Made by a program: the position numbers and the translations under genes. From NCBI GenBank assembly GCA_021799435.1, contig JAJZAN010000003.1:15253-79252 (forward strand): a DNA stretch of 64,000 bases, in the 5' to 3' direction. This stretch comes from Bacillota bacterium. Its GTDB lineage: Bacteria; Bacillota; Sulfobacillia; Sulfobacillales; Sulfobacillaceae. The notes below the pieces were generated by a model. That model saw only the letters and a list, made by a program, of their open reading frames with translations. It was not told the origin of the DNA and ran no database searches. Shown here in pieces: positions 33,469-40,584 of the stretch (position 1 is the stretch's first letter; each line of letters begins with the position of its first letter).

Positions 33469-34152
33469 CTAGCGAGAGCGTTTGCGCGCGGTGCGGCGCG
33501 CTTGGCGGTTCGGCGGCGTCGCAGGAGTCATTGCCTTCTCCTCCGGCTCCACCGCGAGACCGTTCGATTCCGGCATCAGCAGGACAGACTTCTTGTGCCC
33601 GAGACGGACTTGCTTAGCCCAATAAATGCGAATGTCCGGAAAATCCCACCAAAAGTGCACATCCTCTCCCACCCGATCTGCGTGAAACAGGTAGTCCAAG
33701 GGTTGCCGCAAATAGACAAACCCGAAACCAGCCATCCCCACTTCTGAATATGGGGCCATCTCCTCCAGTTCCGCTGGCGTGTAGTGATACGCCTTATCCG
33801 GTTCGCGGGACCGCATCAGGACCGGGACACCATTGCCCATCATGTAATTGGCGGCAATGCACCGTTCGTGAGTTTCTGCCCAAGTCAGCGCCTCCACAAT
33901 GGTGCGGTAACTGTCGGGCGGAATCAAAATGTCGGAATCCACCCACAGGACCCAGGGCCTCTCCGGAGGCGCGACATACTTGCGGATGCGCTCGACAACC
34001 ATATTTCGACATCGGGGGATATTCGACGCTTCTGTGGTCACCACCATGACCGATCGCCCCATTTCCCGACCGACCTGCATGAGCTCCAATAGAGTTTGCA
34101 CCACGGCACGCGAATCGTGTGTGGGTATGGCAATAATCAATGTCTCTGACAT
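33469..34152 (-). CDS. small GT-A-like glycosyltransferase with basic C-terminal tail
   Basis: N-terminal beta-alpha start LIIAIPTHDS, DxD-like LWVDSDILIP, no signal peptide or TM, C-terminal PPNRQARRTARKRSR. AAGGGCGG RBS. Confidence 0.6.
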   Translation of the reverse strand: MSETLIIAIPTHDSRAVVQTLLELMQVGREMGRSVMVVTTEASNIPRCRNMVVERIRKYVAPPERPWVLWVDSDILIPPDSYRTIVEALTWAETHERCIAANYMMGNGVPVLMRSREPDKAYHYTPAELEEMAPYSEVGMAGFGFVYLRQPLDYLFHADRVGEDVHFWWDFPDIRIYWAKQVRLGHKKSVLLMPESNGLAVEPEEKAMTPATPPNRQARRTARKRSR

Positions 34153-34224
34153 GGCAGCCGCCCTTTATACGTTGAATTGCAACCGCAGCCCGCTTGAGTC
34201 CGCGGGACCGGCGGCGCGATGCCA

Positions 34225-34233
34225 TATGGTATG
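34225..34233 (-). promoter_or_regulatory. sigmaE/sigmaK-like -10 element upstream of the glycosyltransferase gene
   Basis: Minus strand CATACCATA (CATAnnnTA), 73 nt upstream of the ATG and downstream of the copy A terminator. The upstream AC is at a non-ideal N18 spacing. Confidence 0.25.
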
Positions 34234-34273
34234 TGATCCACCCCCAACGGGGTACAGGAACCCGTCCAGGCGC

Positions 34274-34309
34274 AAAAAAATCCTCCCGTGTAGAACAGGC
34301 GGGAGGATT
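34274..34309 (-). terminator. rho-independent terminator after Cys/Thr-rich paralog A
   Basis: Minus strand ATCCTCCCG-N11-CGGGAGGAT followed by TTTTTTTG. Confidence 0.85.
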
Positions 34310-34315
34310 TGGGTG

Positions 34316-34879
34316 TTAGAGGGGCGTGGTGCCACTCTGTGGCGGAAACAGCGCACTGGGCGGACACGGCAGAACCGGTCCCACTTGACCGCAGGCCGGG
34401 GGCGTGCAGAACCCGTACGTTGGCACCAAAATCTGAACAGTGGCCGTGGTCTGGAACAAAACACACAACGTAATGGTACAGCTGATGGTGTCGTTGGGCA
34501 GGTTTACGCACGTGCAGGTCCCCGACACAATGGTGCAGGACGGCGTTGTCCCCATAGGATTGTAGAGCGTCACGGTTGCGGTGGTGTAAGCCGTCGACGT
34601 CATGCTCTTGCCATCCGCGCAGGTCACCGTGTATTGGGCGCCAATGACGAACGTGATGTTGCTGTAGTCAGTCGTTGTCGCGGCGGTAATGGACCCGACC
34701 GTGCAATCCGTAGACGAGGAGGTAAGATCAACGGCGCAGCTGGTCACCGCGCACTCTTTACACCAAACGTCATCGGTCAACGACTGCGTCATTGTGACGG
34801 TCTGAATGCAGGAGTCATACACCTTGTCGACGGTAATACAGTCAATTCCCGTGGGCTTTGGGCAAATGCTTTCGTCCAA
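34316..34879 (-). CDS. Cys/Thr-rich protein, paralog A (187 aa; 16 Cys, 38 Thr), no signal peptide; family unknown
   Basis: Aligns end to end with the 36634-37194 product. I prefer TTG 34879, which has a GAAAGGAAG RBS about 10 nt upstream. The same GAAAGGA-N9-TTG arrangement occurs in paralog B. The ORF-track GTG 34888 sits only 1 nt after the RBS. Confidence 0.8.
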   Translation of the reverse strand: MDESICPKPTGIDCITVDKVYDSCIQTVTMTQSLTDDVWCKECAVTSCAVDLTSSSTDCTVGSITAATTTDYSNITFVIGAQYTVTCADGKSMTSTAYTTATVTLYNPMGTTPSCTIVSGTCTCVNLPNDTISCTITLCVLFQTTATVQILVPTYGFCTPPACGQVGPVLPCPPSALFPPQSGTTPL

Positions 34880-34925
34880 CGCGTTCACTTCCTTTCTAGG
34901 AAAGCCTCATAGCGGCCTCTCACGG

Positions 34926-34955
34926 TATAATATGGAGCCTGATCCAAAAGGTTCC
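34926..34955 (-). promoter_or_regulatory. sigmaK-like (mother-cell) promoter motif of paralog A
   Basis: Minus strand GGAACCTTTTGG-atcaggctc-CATATTATA, which equals AC-N16-CATAnnnTA. The 12-mer and the -10 are shared with paralog B. Confidence 0.5.
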
Positions 34956-34983
34956 ATGGCGATTCCGTTGTCCCGCCACAAAC

Positions 34984-35006
34984 AAAGCCGCCCCAAGGGC
35001 GGCTTT
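34984..35006 (-). terminator. hairpin terminator after the 35041-35619 ORF
   Basis: AAAGCCGCCC-caa-GGGCGGCTTT. On the minus strand it is followed by GTTTGTGG, and on the plus strand by TGAG. Confidence 0.6.
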
Positions 35007-35040
35007 TGAGATATCCGTGCACCACGGATTAGCGCTGGTG

Positions 35041-35619
35041 TCAGCCTCGCCGTGGTGCGGACTGCGGAGGACGGATCCGCGAAATGGCTCCCCCAGAGGT
35101 GGAGCCACGCACCATGCTCTGCGATTGATGCACCACAACCACCCCTTTGGCGGCTGCCGCCGGCCGCGGCTGCACGCGGGCGGGCTTGGCTTTCGCAACC
35201 GGGGTGCTCGGTTTGTTCCGCACAATTTCCACCCCCTCCCATCGCTCCCGTTCAGGGTGTCGCGTGGCAGCCCACAAAAAAAGCCCCCAGGCCCATCCCG
35301 CCAGAAGCCGATTGACCTCCTCTTCATCGCCCACAGGCACGGTCGCCTCTACCACATCCCGATCCCAGCTGACCGGGGCGCGCACCAAGGTCACGCCTGC
35401 GGCTTGGGCCATGAGCTGTCCTGCCCGCCGTGCCGGCCAGCGGCTCGTCGACGCAATGGTAATCCGGCTCCCTTCCCCTTGAACGACTCGGACCGCCAAT
35501 TCTGCCATATCGCGAGGACGGGCAAGATCCCAAGGAGCCAACGCCCGCAGGAATCGCTCCCGCAGCGTTGGCTCCAAGTCGGTTATGACATAGATCCCAA
35601 AAAGTTCCACGGCTATCAC
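35041..35619 (-). CDS. hypothetical protein (orphan; start uncertain)
   Basis: Codon usage looks coding but there is no RBS before GTG 35619. The segment RITIASTSRWPARRAGQLMAQAAGVTLV weakly recalls the C-terminal half of DUF218/YdcF. The C-terminal tail is low-complexity and basic. Confidence 0.35.
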   Translation of the reverse strand: MIAVELFGIYVITDLEPTLRERFLRALAPWDLARPRDMAELAVRVVQGEGSRITIASTSRWPARRAGQLMAQAAGVTLVRAPVSWDRDVVEATVPVGDEEEVNRLLAGWAWGLFLWAATRHPERERWEGVEIVRNKPSTPVAKAKPARVQPRPAAAAKGVVVVHQSQSMVRGSTSGGAISRIRPPQSAPRRG

Positions 35620-35652
35620 CCGGGATACTTTATGTGGAAATACTGGAAAAGG

Positions 35653-36420
35653 TTACGAATTCGGCCCGATAAAGAGTTCCGAAATCGCCACGCCTGATCC
35701 CCACGGTGCCACTCCGACACCAATTTGCGTCTCATAGGGGTTCAAGATGTTGGACCGGTGCGGCGGCGAGGCCATCAGCATCGCAAACGCTTGGCTCACG
35801 GACCCTGCCTCGGCGATGTTCTCGGCACCCATGCCTTGGGCTTGAATCCCAGCCGCCTGTTCCATCTGGACCGGCCAACCATACCCGGCCATGTCGCTGG
35901 TGAAGGGTCCGTTCGCCAAGGTCACAGCGCGCTCCTGAGCAAGCTGCATCAGGGTGGGGTTAATGGTGTAGGGCTTGAGACCGGCCTGTTGCCGGGCTTG
36001 ATTGATGAGGTTAATCATTTGCATGGCGCTGTTGCTGGCAGTTGTCGTGGAGCCGGACGTTGCCGCGCTCCCCGATCCAGAACCGGTGCTGCCAGTAGAT
36101 GGTGCAGAGCTGCTGGAGCTCGACGACCCTGAAGGCGCACTGGGCGTCACCGTAGGCGGTGCAGACGGCGGCGGCGGTTGTGGTGTCGGCTGCGGCGCCG
36201 GTTGAGGTGCCGGCTGGGATACCGTCACCGTACCACTGGAAGCACCCTGATTGACCAAGGCGATGGTCTGGTAAACCTGATTTACCGTGGCAACGGGCAA
36301 ACGTGCTGCGGTTTGAATAGACGGGGCTGACGGGACGGGGGTGATGGCAGCGGGGGCCGCTCCCATCGTCACCGGCAGGCCAGCGGCGACGAGCAGGGCT
36401 GTGAAATAATTCATGCGCAT
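35653..36420 (-). CDS. secreted CAP/SCP (YkwD-like) domain protein with Pro/Ser-rich linker
   Basis: Signal peptide MRMNYFTALLVAAGLPVTMGAAPA, linker PAPQPAPQPTPQPPPPSAPP...SSSSSSS, and CAP core MINLINQARQQAGL...MLMASPPHRSNILNP. GGAGGA RBS. Confidence 0.8.
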   Translation of the reverse strand: MRMNYFTALLVAAGLPVTMGAAPAAITPVPSAPSIQTAARLPVATVNQVYQTIALVNQGASSGTVTVSQPAPQPAPQPTPQPPPPSAPPTVTPSAPSGSSSSSSSAPSTGSTGSGSGSAATSGSTTTASNSAMQMINLINQARQQAGLKPYTINPTLMQLAQERAVTLANGPFTSDMAGYGWPVQMEQAAGIQAQGMGAENIAEAGSVSQAFAMLMASPPHRSNILNPYETQIGVGVAPWGSGVAISELFIGPNS

Positions 36421-36588
36421 ATCCTCCGTTCGAACTCAATTTTAGGTAATTCTCAACCTAGCCTACCGGAGCCCATACCCCGCGGCAATCAAAGGAAACC
36501 CTCGTCTCACCGCTTGAGACCGGGTTACCCGTGCCACCCGGCAAAATACGGCGTCTAAAGGACTATTTGGATTGAATACCACAAGTTG

Positions 36589-36618
36589 GAAAGCCCTCCC
36601 ATGGCTGGGAGGGCTTTC
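36589..36618 (-). terminator. 12-bp hairpin after Cys/Thr-rich paralog B (weak U-tract)
   Basis: Minus strand GAAAGCCCTCCC-agccat-GGGAGGGCTTTC, then CAACTTGTGG. Confidence 0.55.
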
Positions 36619-36633
36619 TCGGACCAGACCCGA

Positions 36634-37194
36634 TCAGCTTCCGGCTTGCGGCGGGAACAGCGAGCTGGGTGGGCACGGCAACACGGGACCGACTTGCCCG
36701 CAGGCAGGCGGGACACAGAACCCGTAGGTGGGAATCAGCAGCTGCACGGTCGCCGTGGTTTGGAACAACACACACAAAGTCAACGTGCAGGTAATGTCGC
36801 CGTTGGGCAGATTCACGCACATACAGGTACCTGAGACAATGGTGCAAGACGGCGTGGTTCCTGCGGGATTGTACAGCGTGACGGTCGCAGTCGTGTAAGC
36901 CGTAGAAGTAATCATCGCGCCGGACGAGCACGCCAGCGTGTATTCCGCACCAATGATAAACGTGATATCGCTGTAATCAGTGGTGGTAGAGGGTACAATG
37001 GGCCCCGGAGTGCACGTCGACGCAGTCAGATCAAACGTGCAGCTGGTGACGGTGCAGTCATCCGCGGGAGTCGTCTTGGTCGTGGTGATAGTCTGGATAC
37101 AGGAGTCATACACCTTGTCGACCACGATGCAATCGATTTCAGTAGGAGTCGGCAGAGCAGCGTCTGGGTAGGAGCCGGGAGTCACAGTTGCCAA
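36634..37194 (-). CDS. Cys/Thr-rich protein, paralog B (186 aa; 14 Cys), no signal peptide; family unknown
   Basis: I prefer TTG 37194, with GAAAGGA 9 nt upstream. The ORF-track start 37326 would run through the promoter motif into the upstream gene. The C-terminal ~90 aa are nearly identical to paralog A. Confidence 0.8.
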   Translation of the reverse strand: MATVTPGSYPDAALPTPTEIDCIVVDKVYDSCIQTITTTKTTPADDCTVTSCTFDLTASTCTPGPIVPSTTTDYSDITFIIGAEYTLACSSGAMITSTAYTTATVTLYNPAGTTPSCTIVSGTCMCVNLPNGDITCTLTLCVLFQTTATVQLLIPTYGFCVPPACGQVGPVLPCPPSSLFPPQAGS

Positions 37195-37247
37195 GGTTGC
37201 ACATCCTTTCAGCAGAGATCCGTGATGAATAAGGCGCTCATCATTAG

Positions 37248-37277
37248 TACGATATGGATCGCATGCCAAAAGGTTCC
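37248..37277 (-). promoter_or_regulatory. sigmaK-like (mother-cell) promoter motif of paralog B
   Basis: Minus strand GGAACCTTTTGG-catgcgatc-CATATCGTA (AC-N16-CATAnnnTA), in the 100-nt gap after the amidohydrolase stop. Confidence 0.5.
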
Positions 37278-37294
37278 CGCGTTGGAAATTCCCG

Positions 37295-38443
37295 CTATCC
37301 GGCGTCGTGCACCAAACGCCCCCCAATCCAGATTTTCTCTGCGCGGGCTTGCAGAGCGGTCAGAGGGTTGTCGGACCACAACACGATATCCGCTTCCCTC
37401 CCTACCGTGAGTGCACCAACGCGGTCTTGAATGCCCACAATCTGAGCGGGGTAAATGGTGACCGCCTTCAAGGCATCGTCGAGGCTCATACCGTGCCGCG
37501 TGGCGACCCCCGCGTAGACGCTGAGATATTCGGATGGCACCACCGGGTGGTCGGAAGCGATCGCCACCACCACGCCGGCCTCAGCCAATCGCGCCGGCGT
37601 CCAGAACCCCTTATGCCGCAATTCGGCCTTAGTGCGGGCGGAGAAGGATGGCCCGGTCACTACGGGTACCCCGTAGCGCAAGATTTCGTCAATGACGAGA
37701 TCCGCTTCCGTTCCATGGTCAATGACAGCCCGCACCTTGAAAGGCGCAATGGTCCGCAGAGCTGTCAGGATATCATCGGCCCGGTGGGAATGAATGCGCA
37801 GCGGGATGTCTCCCCGTATCACCATGCCCAAAGCTTCCAAGCGGGGGTTGTAGTCCGACAGCTTGGTCGACTGCTCGAGCTGGTACCGGCGCGCTCGCTC
37901 CAACCATTCGCGCAATACGGCGGCCACTGCCGGACGCGATCCAGGGCGCCGTTTTTGCCCGCCGTGGACCCGGATGGGGTTCTCCCCCATGGCGACCTTC
38001 ATGCCCGCCGCGGCCACCATCACCATCTCTTCCACGGTGCGTCCCGCCATATGCACCACACTTCCGATCCCGCTGATGACGTTGGCGGAGCCCATGGTGA
38101 TAAAAGCCGTGGTCACCCCGCCCCGCAGAGCCTCGTAAATAGCCGGATCGGCCGGATTAATCCCGTCCAGGGCGCGGACGTCGGCGGTCACGGGGTCAGA
38201 CGTTTCATTCACATCTTGGCTGGCCAGGGTCTCACCGCTGGTGGAAAGGCCTACATGACTGTGGGCGTCGATAAATCCCGGCAACACCCATCCGCCGTGG
38301 GCGTCAACCACGGGCACCCCGGTTGGCGGTTGATAGTTTTCCTCCACCGCCTGGAGAAGTCCCGCCTCGTCCACCAAGAGCCCACCGCGTTCCATCTTCA
38401 CCGATTGGCCGTCCCAAAGACGCGCGTTCACTAACGCCCACAT
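37295..38443 (-). CDS. amidohydrolase-family metal-dependent hydrolase
   Basis: LPGFIDAHSHVGL (HxH), ...HSHRADD... and ASDHPV. COG1228-like. Confidence 0.8.
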   Translation of the reverse strand: MWALVNARLWDGQSVKMERGGLLVDEAGLLQAVEENYQPPTGVPVVDAHGGWVLPGFIDAHSHVGLSTSGETLASQDVNETSDPVTADVRALDGINPADPAIYEALRGGVTTAFITMGSANVISGIGSVVHMAGRTVEEMVMVAAAGMKVAMGENPIRVHGGQKRRPGSRPAVAAVLREWLERARRYQLEQSTKLSDYNPRLEALGMVIRGDIPLRIHSHRADDILTALRTIAPFKVRAVIDHGTEADLVIDEILRYGVPVVTGPSFSARTKAELRHKGFWTPARLAEAGVVVAIASDHPVVPSEYLSVYAGVATRHGMSLDDALKAVTIYPAQIVGIQDRVGALTVGREADIVLWSDNPLTALQARAEKIWIGGRLVHDAG

Positions 38444-38444
38444 A

Positions 38445-39458
38445 TCAAAGCCTCCCAGATACCACTTGCATGGTCACGCGAATGTCTCCCACCAGGCGGC
38501 CCGCATGGTTGCGAATCTCGGGATGAATCAGCGATTGGAGATTCATCCGCTCCTCCGTGCTCAGCACACCTATCTGCTCAAGAGTCGCCGTCACCAGGGT
38601 GGGGATAACCCGGCTGTTGCCGTCGTCCACCTTCACAGCTAGTCCCAGTCCCTTGTCCGGGATTCCTAGGCAAAAGACAGCTTCTGCACCGCCCTTGGAG
38701 ACAAAGCGGTGGTTGCTGGCCTCCGCCAATGTCACCTCCAAGCGTCCCGTTCCCGATACCAATTCCGGATGCAGCCGCATGGCCTCGGAAATAATCATGG
38801 CAGCGCCTGCCTTGCTAGTGTCCAATCCGCGCGGATCCACCAGCCGTGCATAGCTGTAGGCCATGCGAGTCAAAGGCATGTAAAAGCACGGCACCCCGCA
38901 GCCATCCACCCCGGTATACAAGCTTTCGGACTCCATTCCGCTCATATACGCAACATTGGCGCGAATAGCTTGCTGAACCGGATGTTCAGGCTTTTCGTAT
39001 CCGGCCAGAGGGGCATTTAAAGCCCGCGCCAAGGTCAGCATGCCCGTGTGCTTGCCGCTGCAGTTGTTATGCAGGACAAATGGATCCTGCCCCTTGGCTA
39101 CCAAAGCTAGCGCGGACTCCCGGTGACTGGGCGGATGTACGCCGCATATGAGATCTTGGGGTTCCGCATGAATGCGATTCAATAAATCCTGCACCAGTTC
39201 CACATGGAAGGGCTCACCGCCGTGAGACGCGCAGGTGATGGCCACCTCTCGAGATCCGAAACCAAACTGCTCGGCGGCTCCGGATTCGATAATCGGCATC
39301 GCCTGAAACGGCTTGGCGCTTGAGCGCCAAAAGGTCGCCCGATTGGGGTTCCCAAACCAAAAGCGCACCTGCCCTACGCTGTCGACCACGGCAACATCGG
39401 CGTGCACCCGGCTCTCCATCCGGTCTCCACGCCATAACTCAACGGCTACGTCCGACAT
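38445..39458 (-). CDS. asparaginase (PF06089-type, Rhizobium etli AnsA-like)
   Basis: WRSSAKPFQAMP...CASHGGEPFHV...NNCSGKHTGML, as I recall for this family. Confidence 0.7.
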   Translation of the reverse strand: MSDVAVELWRGDRMESRVHADVAVVDSVGQVRFWFGNPNRATFWRSSAKPFQAMPIIESGAAEQFGFGSREVAITCASHGGEPFHVELVQDLLNRIHAEPQDLICGVHPPSHRESALALVAKGQDPFVLHNNCSGKHTGMLTLARALNAPLAGYEKPEHPVQQAIRANVAYMSGMESESLYTGVDGCGVPCFYMPLTRMAYSYARLVDPRGLDTSKAGAAMIISEAMRLHPELVSGTGRLEVTLAEASNHRFVSKGGAEAVFCLGIPDKGLGLAVKVDDGNSRVIPTLVTATLEQIGVLSTEERMNLQSLIHPEIRNHAGRLVGDIRVTMQVVSGRL

Positions 39459-40185
39459 GCTGCTCCCTTCCGGCCTGATACGCCAGGCAGGCCTCTACAA
39501 ACTTTTCGAATAGCTGCTGCGCAGGTTGGTGGGCTGTGGCCAAGTCTTCCGGGTGCCACTGTACGCCCAGCAAGTACCGCTCCCCCGGCCGCTCTATCGC
39601 CTCAACCATCTGGTCCGATGCTCTCCCGACCACGCGCCACCCATCCGGCATCCGGTCGACGGCTTGGTGATGAAAGGAATTGACCTCAAAGTGCGTATTG
39701 CCCGCAACTTCCGCCGCTCGACTGTCGGGTTCGAGGTCTACCGAATGGGTGACCCGCTCCCGGGATTCCTTCTGACTGTGATGCAGGGCGCTGTCCGGCC
39801 GGCGGCGGGGGATATCCTGGATGAGCGTGCCCCCGTAGGCCACCGCCATGACCTGCATGCCCCGGCAAATGCCAAAGACAGGGAGGTTGAGGTGGTCCGC
39901 CGCTGCAATGAGAGCCAGTTCGGTGCGGTCCCGGTCTGGGGACACCCCGGACCACTCGGTTCCGTCATCGGCAGCACCGAACGTCGTCGGATCGACGTCG
40001 CCCCCGCCGGTCAGCAACAGGCCATCGCACAGTTCCAGCAGCGACACGCTCTCGTCGCAGTTCGCCAACAACAGCGGCACAGCGCCCGCCCTGCGTACCG
40101 CCTCAATGTAAGTTGCGCGCAAAAAATCACGCGGATAGCCTTCAGCGGCCTCCCGCGACATCGATATCCCCACGATTGGCTTCAT
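39439..40185 (-). CDS. gamma-glutamyl-GABA hydrolase-like class-I glutamine amidotransferase (peptidase C26)
   Basis: GICRGMQVM, NSFHHQAV and GVQWHPE. Confidence 0.85.
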   Translation of the reverse strand: MKPIVGISMSREAAEGYPRDFLRATYIEAVRRAGAVPLLLANCDESVSLLELCDGLLLTGGGDVDPTTFGAADDGTEWSGVSPDRDRTELALIAAADHLNLPVFGICRGMQVMAVAYGGTLIQDIPRRRPDSALHHSQKESRERVTHSVDLEPDSRAAEVAGNTHFEVNSFHHQAVDRMPDGWRVVGRASDQMVEAIERPGERYLLGVQWHPEDLATAHQPAQQLFEKFVEACLAYQAGREQHVGRSR

Positions 40186-40216
40186 CCCGTCACAATCCTC
40201 TCCCTGAGCGATCCCA

Positions 40217-40582
40217 CTACAATTCTGTTAACCCAAAGCTAATGACGATGGCTTGATTGACGCGCGCCATGGTTTCGCTCTTGAGATGCGCGATACGTTC
40301 CCTCAGACGTCGTTTGTCAATGGTGCGGATTTGCTCCAACAAGATGACCGAATCCCGATCAAGTCCGGATTCGGCCGCTCTGACTTCCACGTGAATGGGC
40401 AAACGCGCTTTCAAAACCTGAGAAGTCACGGCGCACACAATGGTTGTAGGGCTGTAGCGATTGCCGATGTCGTTCTGCAATATCAGCACCGGCCGCACCC
40501 CGCCCTGCTCGGACCCCACCACCGGGGACAGATCCGCAAAAAAAATGTCGCCCCGGCGTACTGTCACGTCTGACCCGGCCAC
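40217..40582 (-). CDS. mazF: mRNA interferase MazF/EndoA (PemK family toxin)
   Basis: RGDIFFADLSPVVGSEQGGVRPVLILQNDIGNRYSPTTIV is near-identical to the B. subtilis EndoA core. Confidence 0.93.
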   Translation of the reverse strand: MAGSDVTVRRGDIFFADLSPVVGSEQGGVRPVLILQNDIGNRYSPTTIVCAVTSQVLKARLPIHVEVRAAESGLDRDSVILLEQIRTIDKRRLRERIAHLKSETMARVNQAIVISFGLTEL

Positions 40583-40584
40583 GA

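Larger units (their letters stand above)
34316..34955 (-). repeat. copy A of a diverged ~0.64-kb duplicated unit (promoter motif + RBS + CDS)
   Basis: Alignable by eye with 36634-37277. DNA differences are concentrated at third codon positions. Confidence 0.8.
36634..37277 (-). repeat. copy B of the diverged duplicated unit
   Basis: See copy A (34316-34955). Confidence 0.8.

Noticed and set aside
33929-34912. 327-aa plus-strand ORF spanning the glycosyltransferase start, a terminator and paralog A
   Set aside because: It runs through a strong minus-strand terminator and is antisense to two supported genes, with an Arg/Gly-rich nonsense composition.
35017-35697. 226-aa plus-strand ORF opposite the orphan ORF
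   Set aside because: It is Arg/His/Pro-rich and crosses the terminator hairpin at 34984-35006. The minus-strand frame has better codon usage, though it is itself low confidence.
34316-37194. Cys/Thr-rich proteins as RiPP (lanthipeptide or thiopeptide) precursors
   Set aside because: They are far too long (~187 aa) and conserved along their whole length. No LanB/C/M, YcaO, radical-SAM or protease/transporter genes are nearby, so a structural role fits better.
34316-37194. Cys/Thr-rich proteins as antifreeze-like regular beta-solenoids
   Set aside because: T-C-T and T-x-T strings exist, but I could not find a fixed-period tandem repeat (for example 12-mers) in either copy.
37307-38434. 375-aa plus-strand ORF
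   Set aside because: It is antisense over the full length of the well-supported amidohydrolase gene, with nonsense-like composition.
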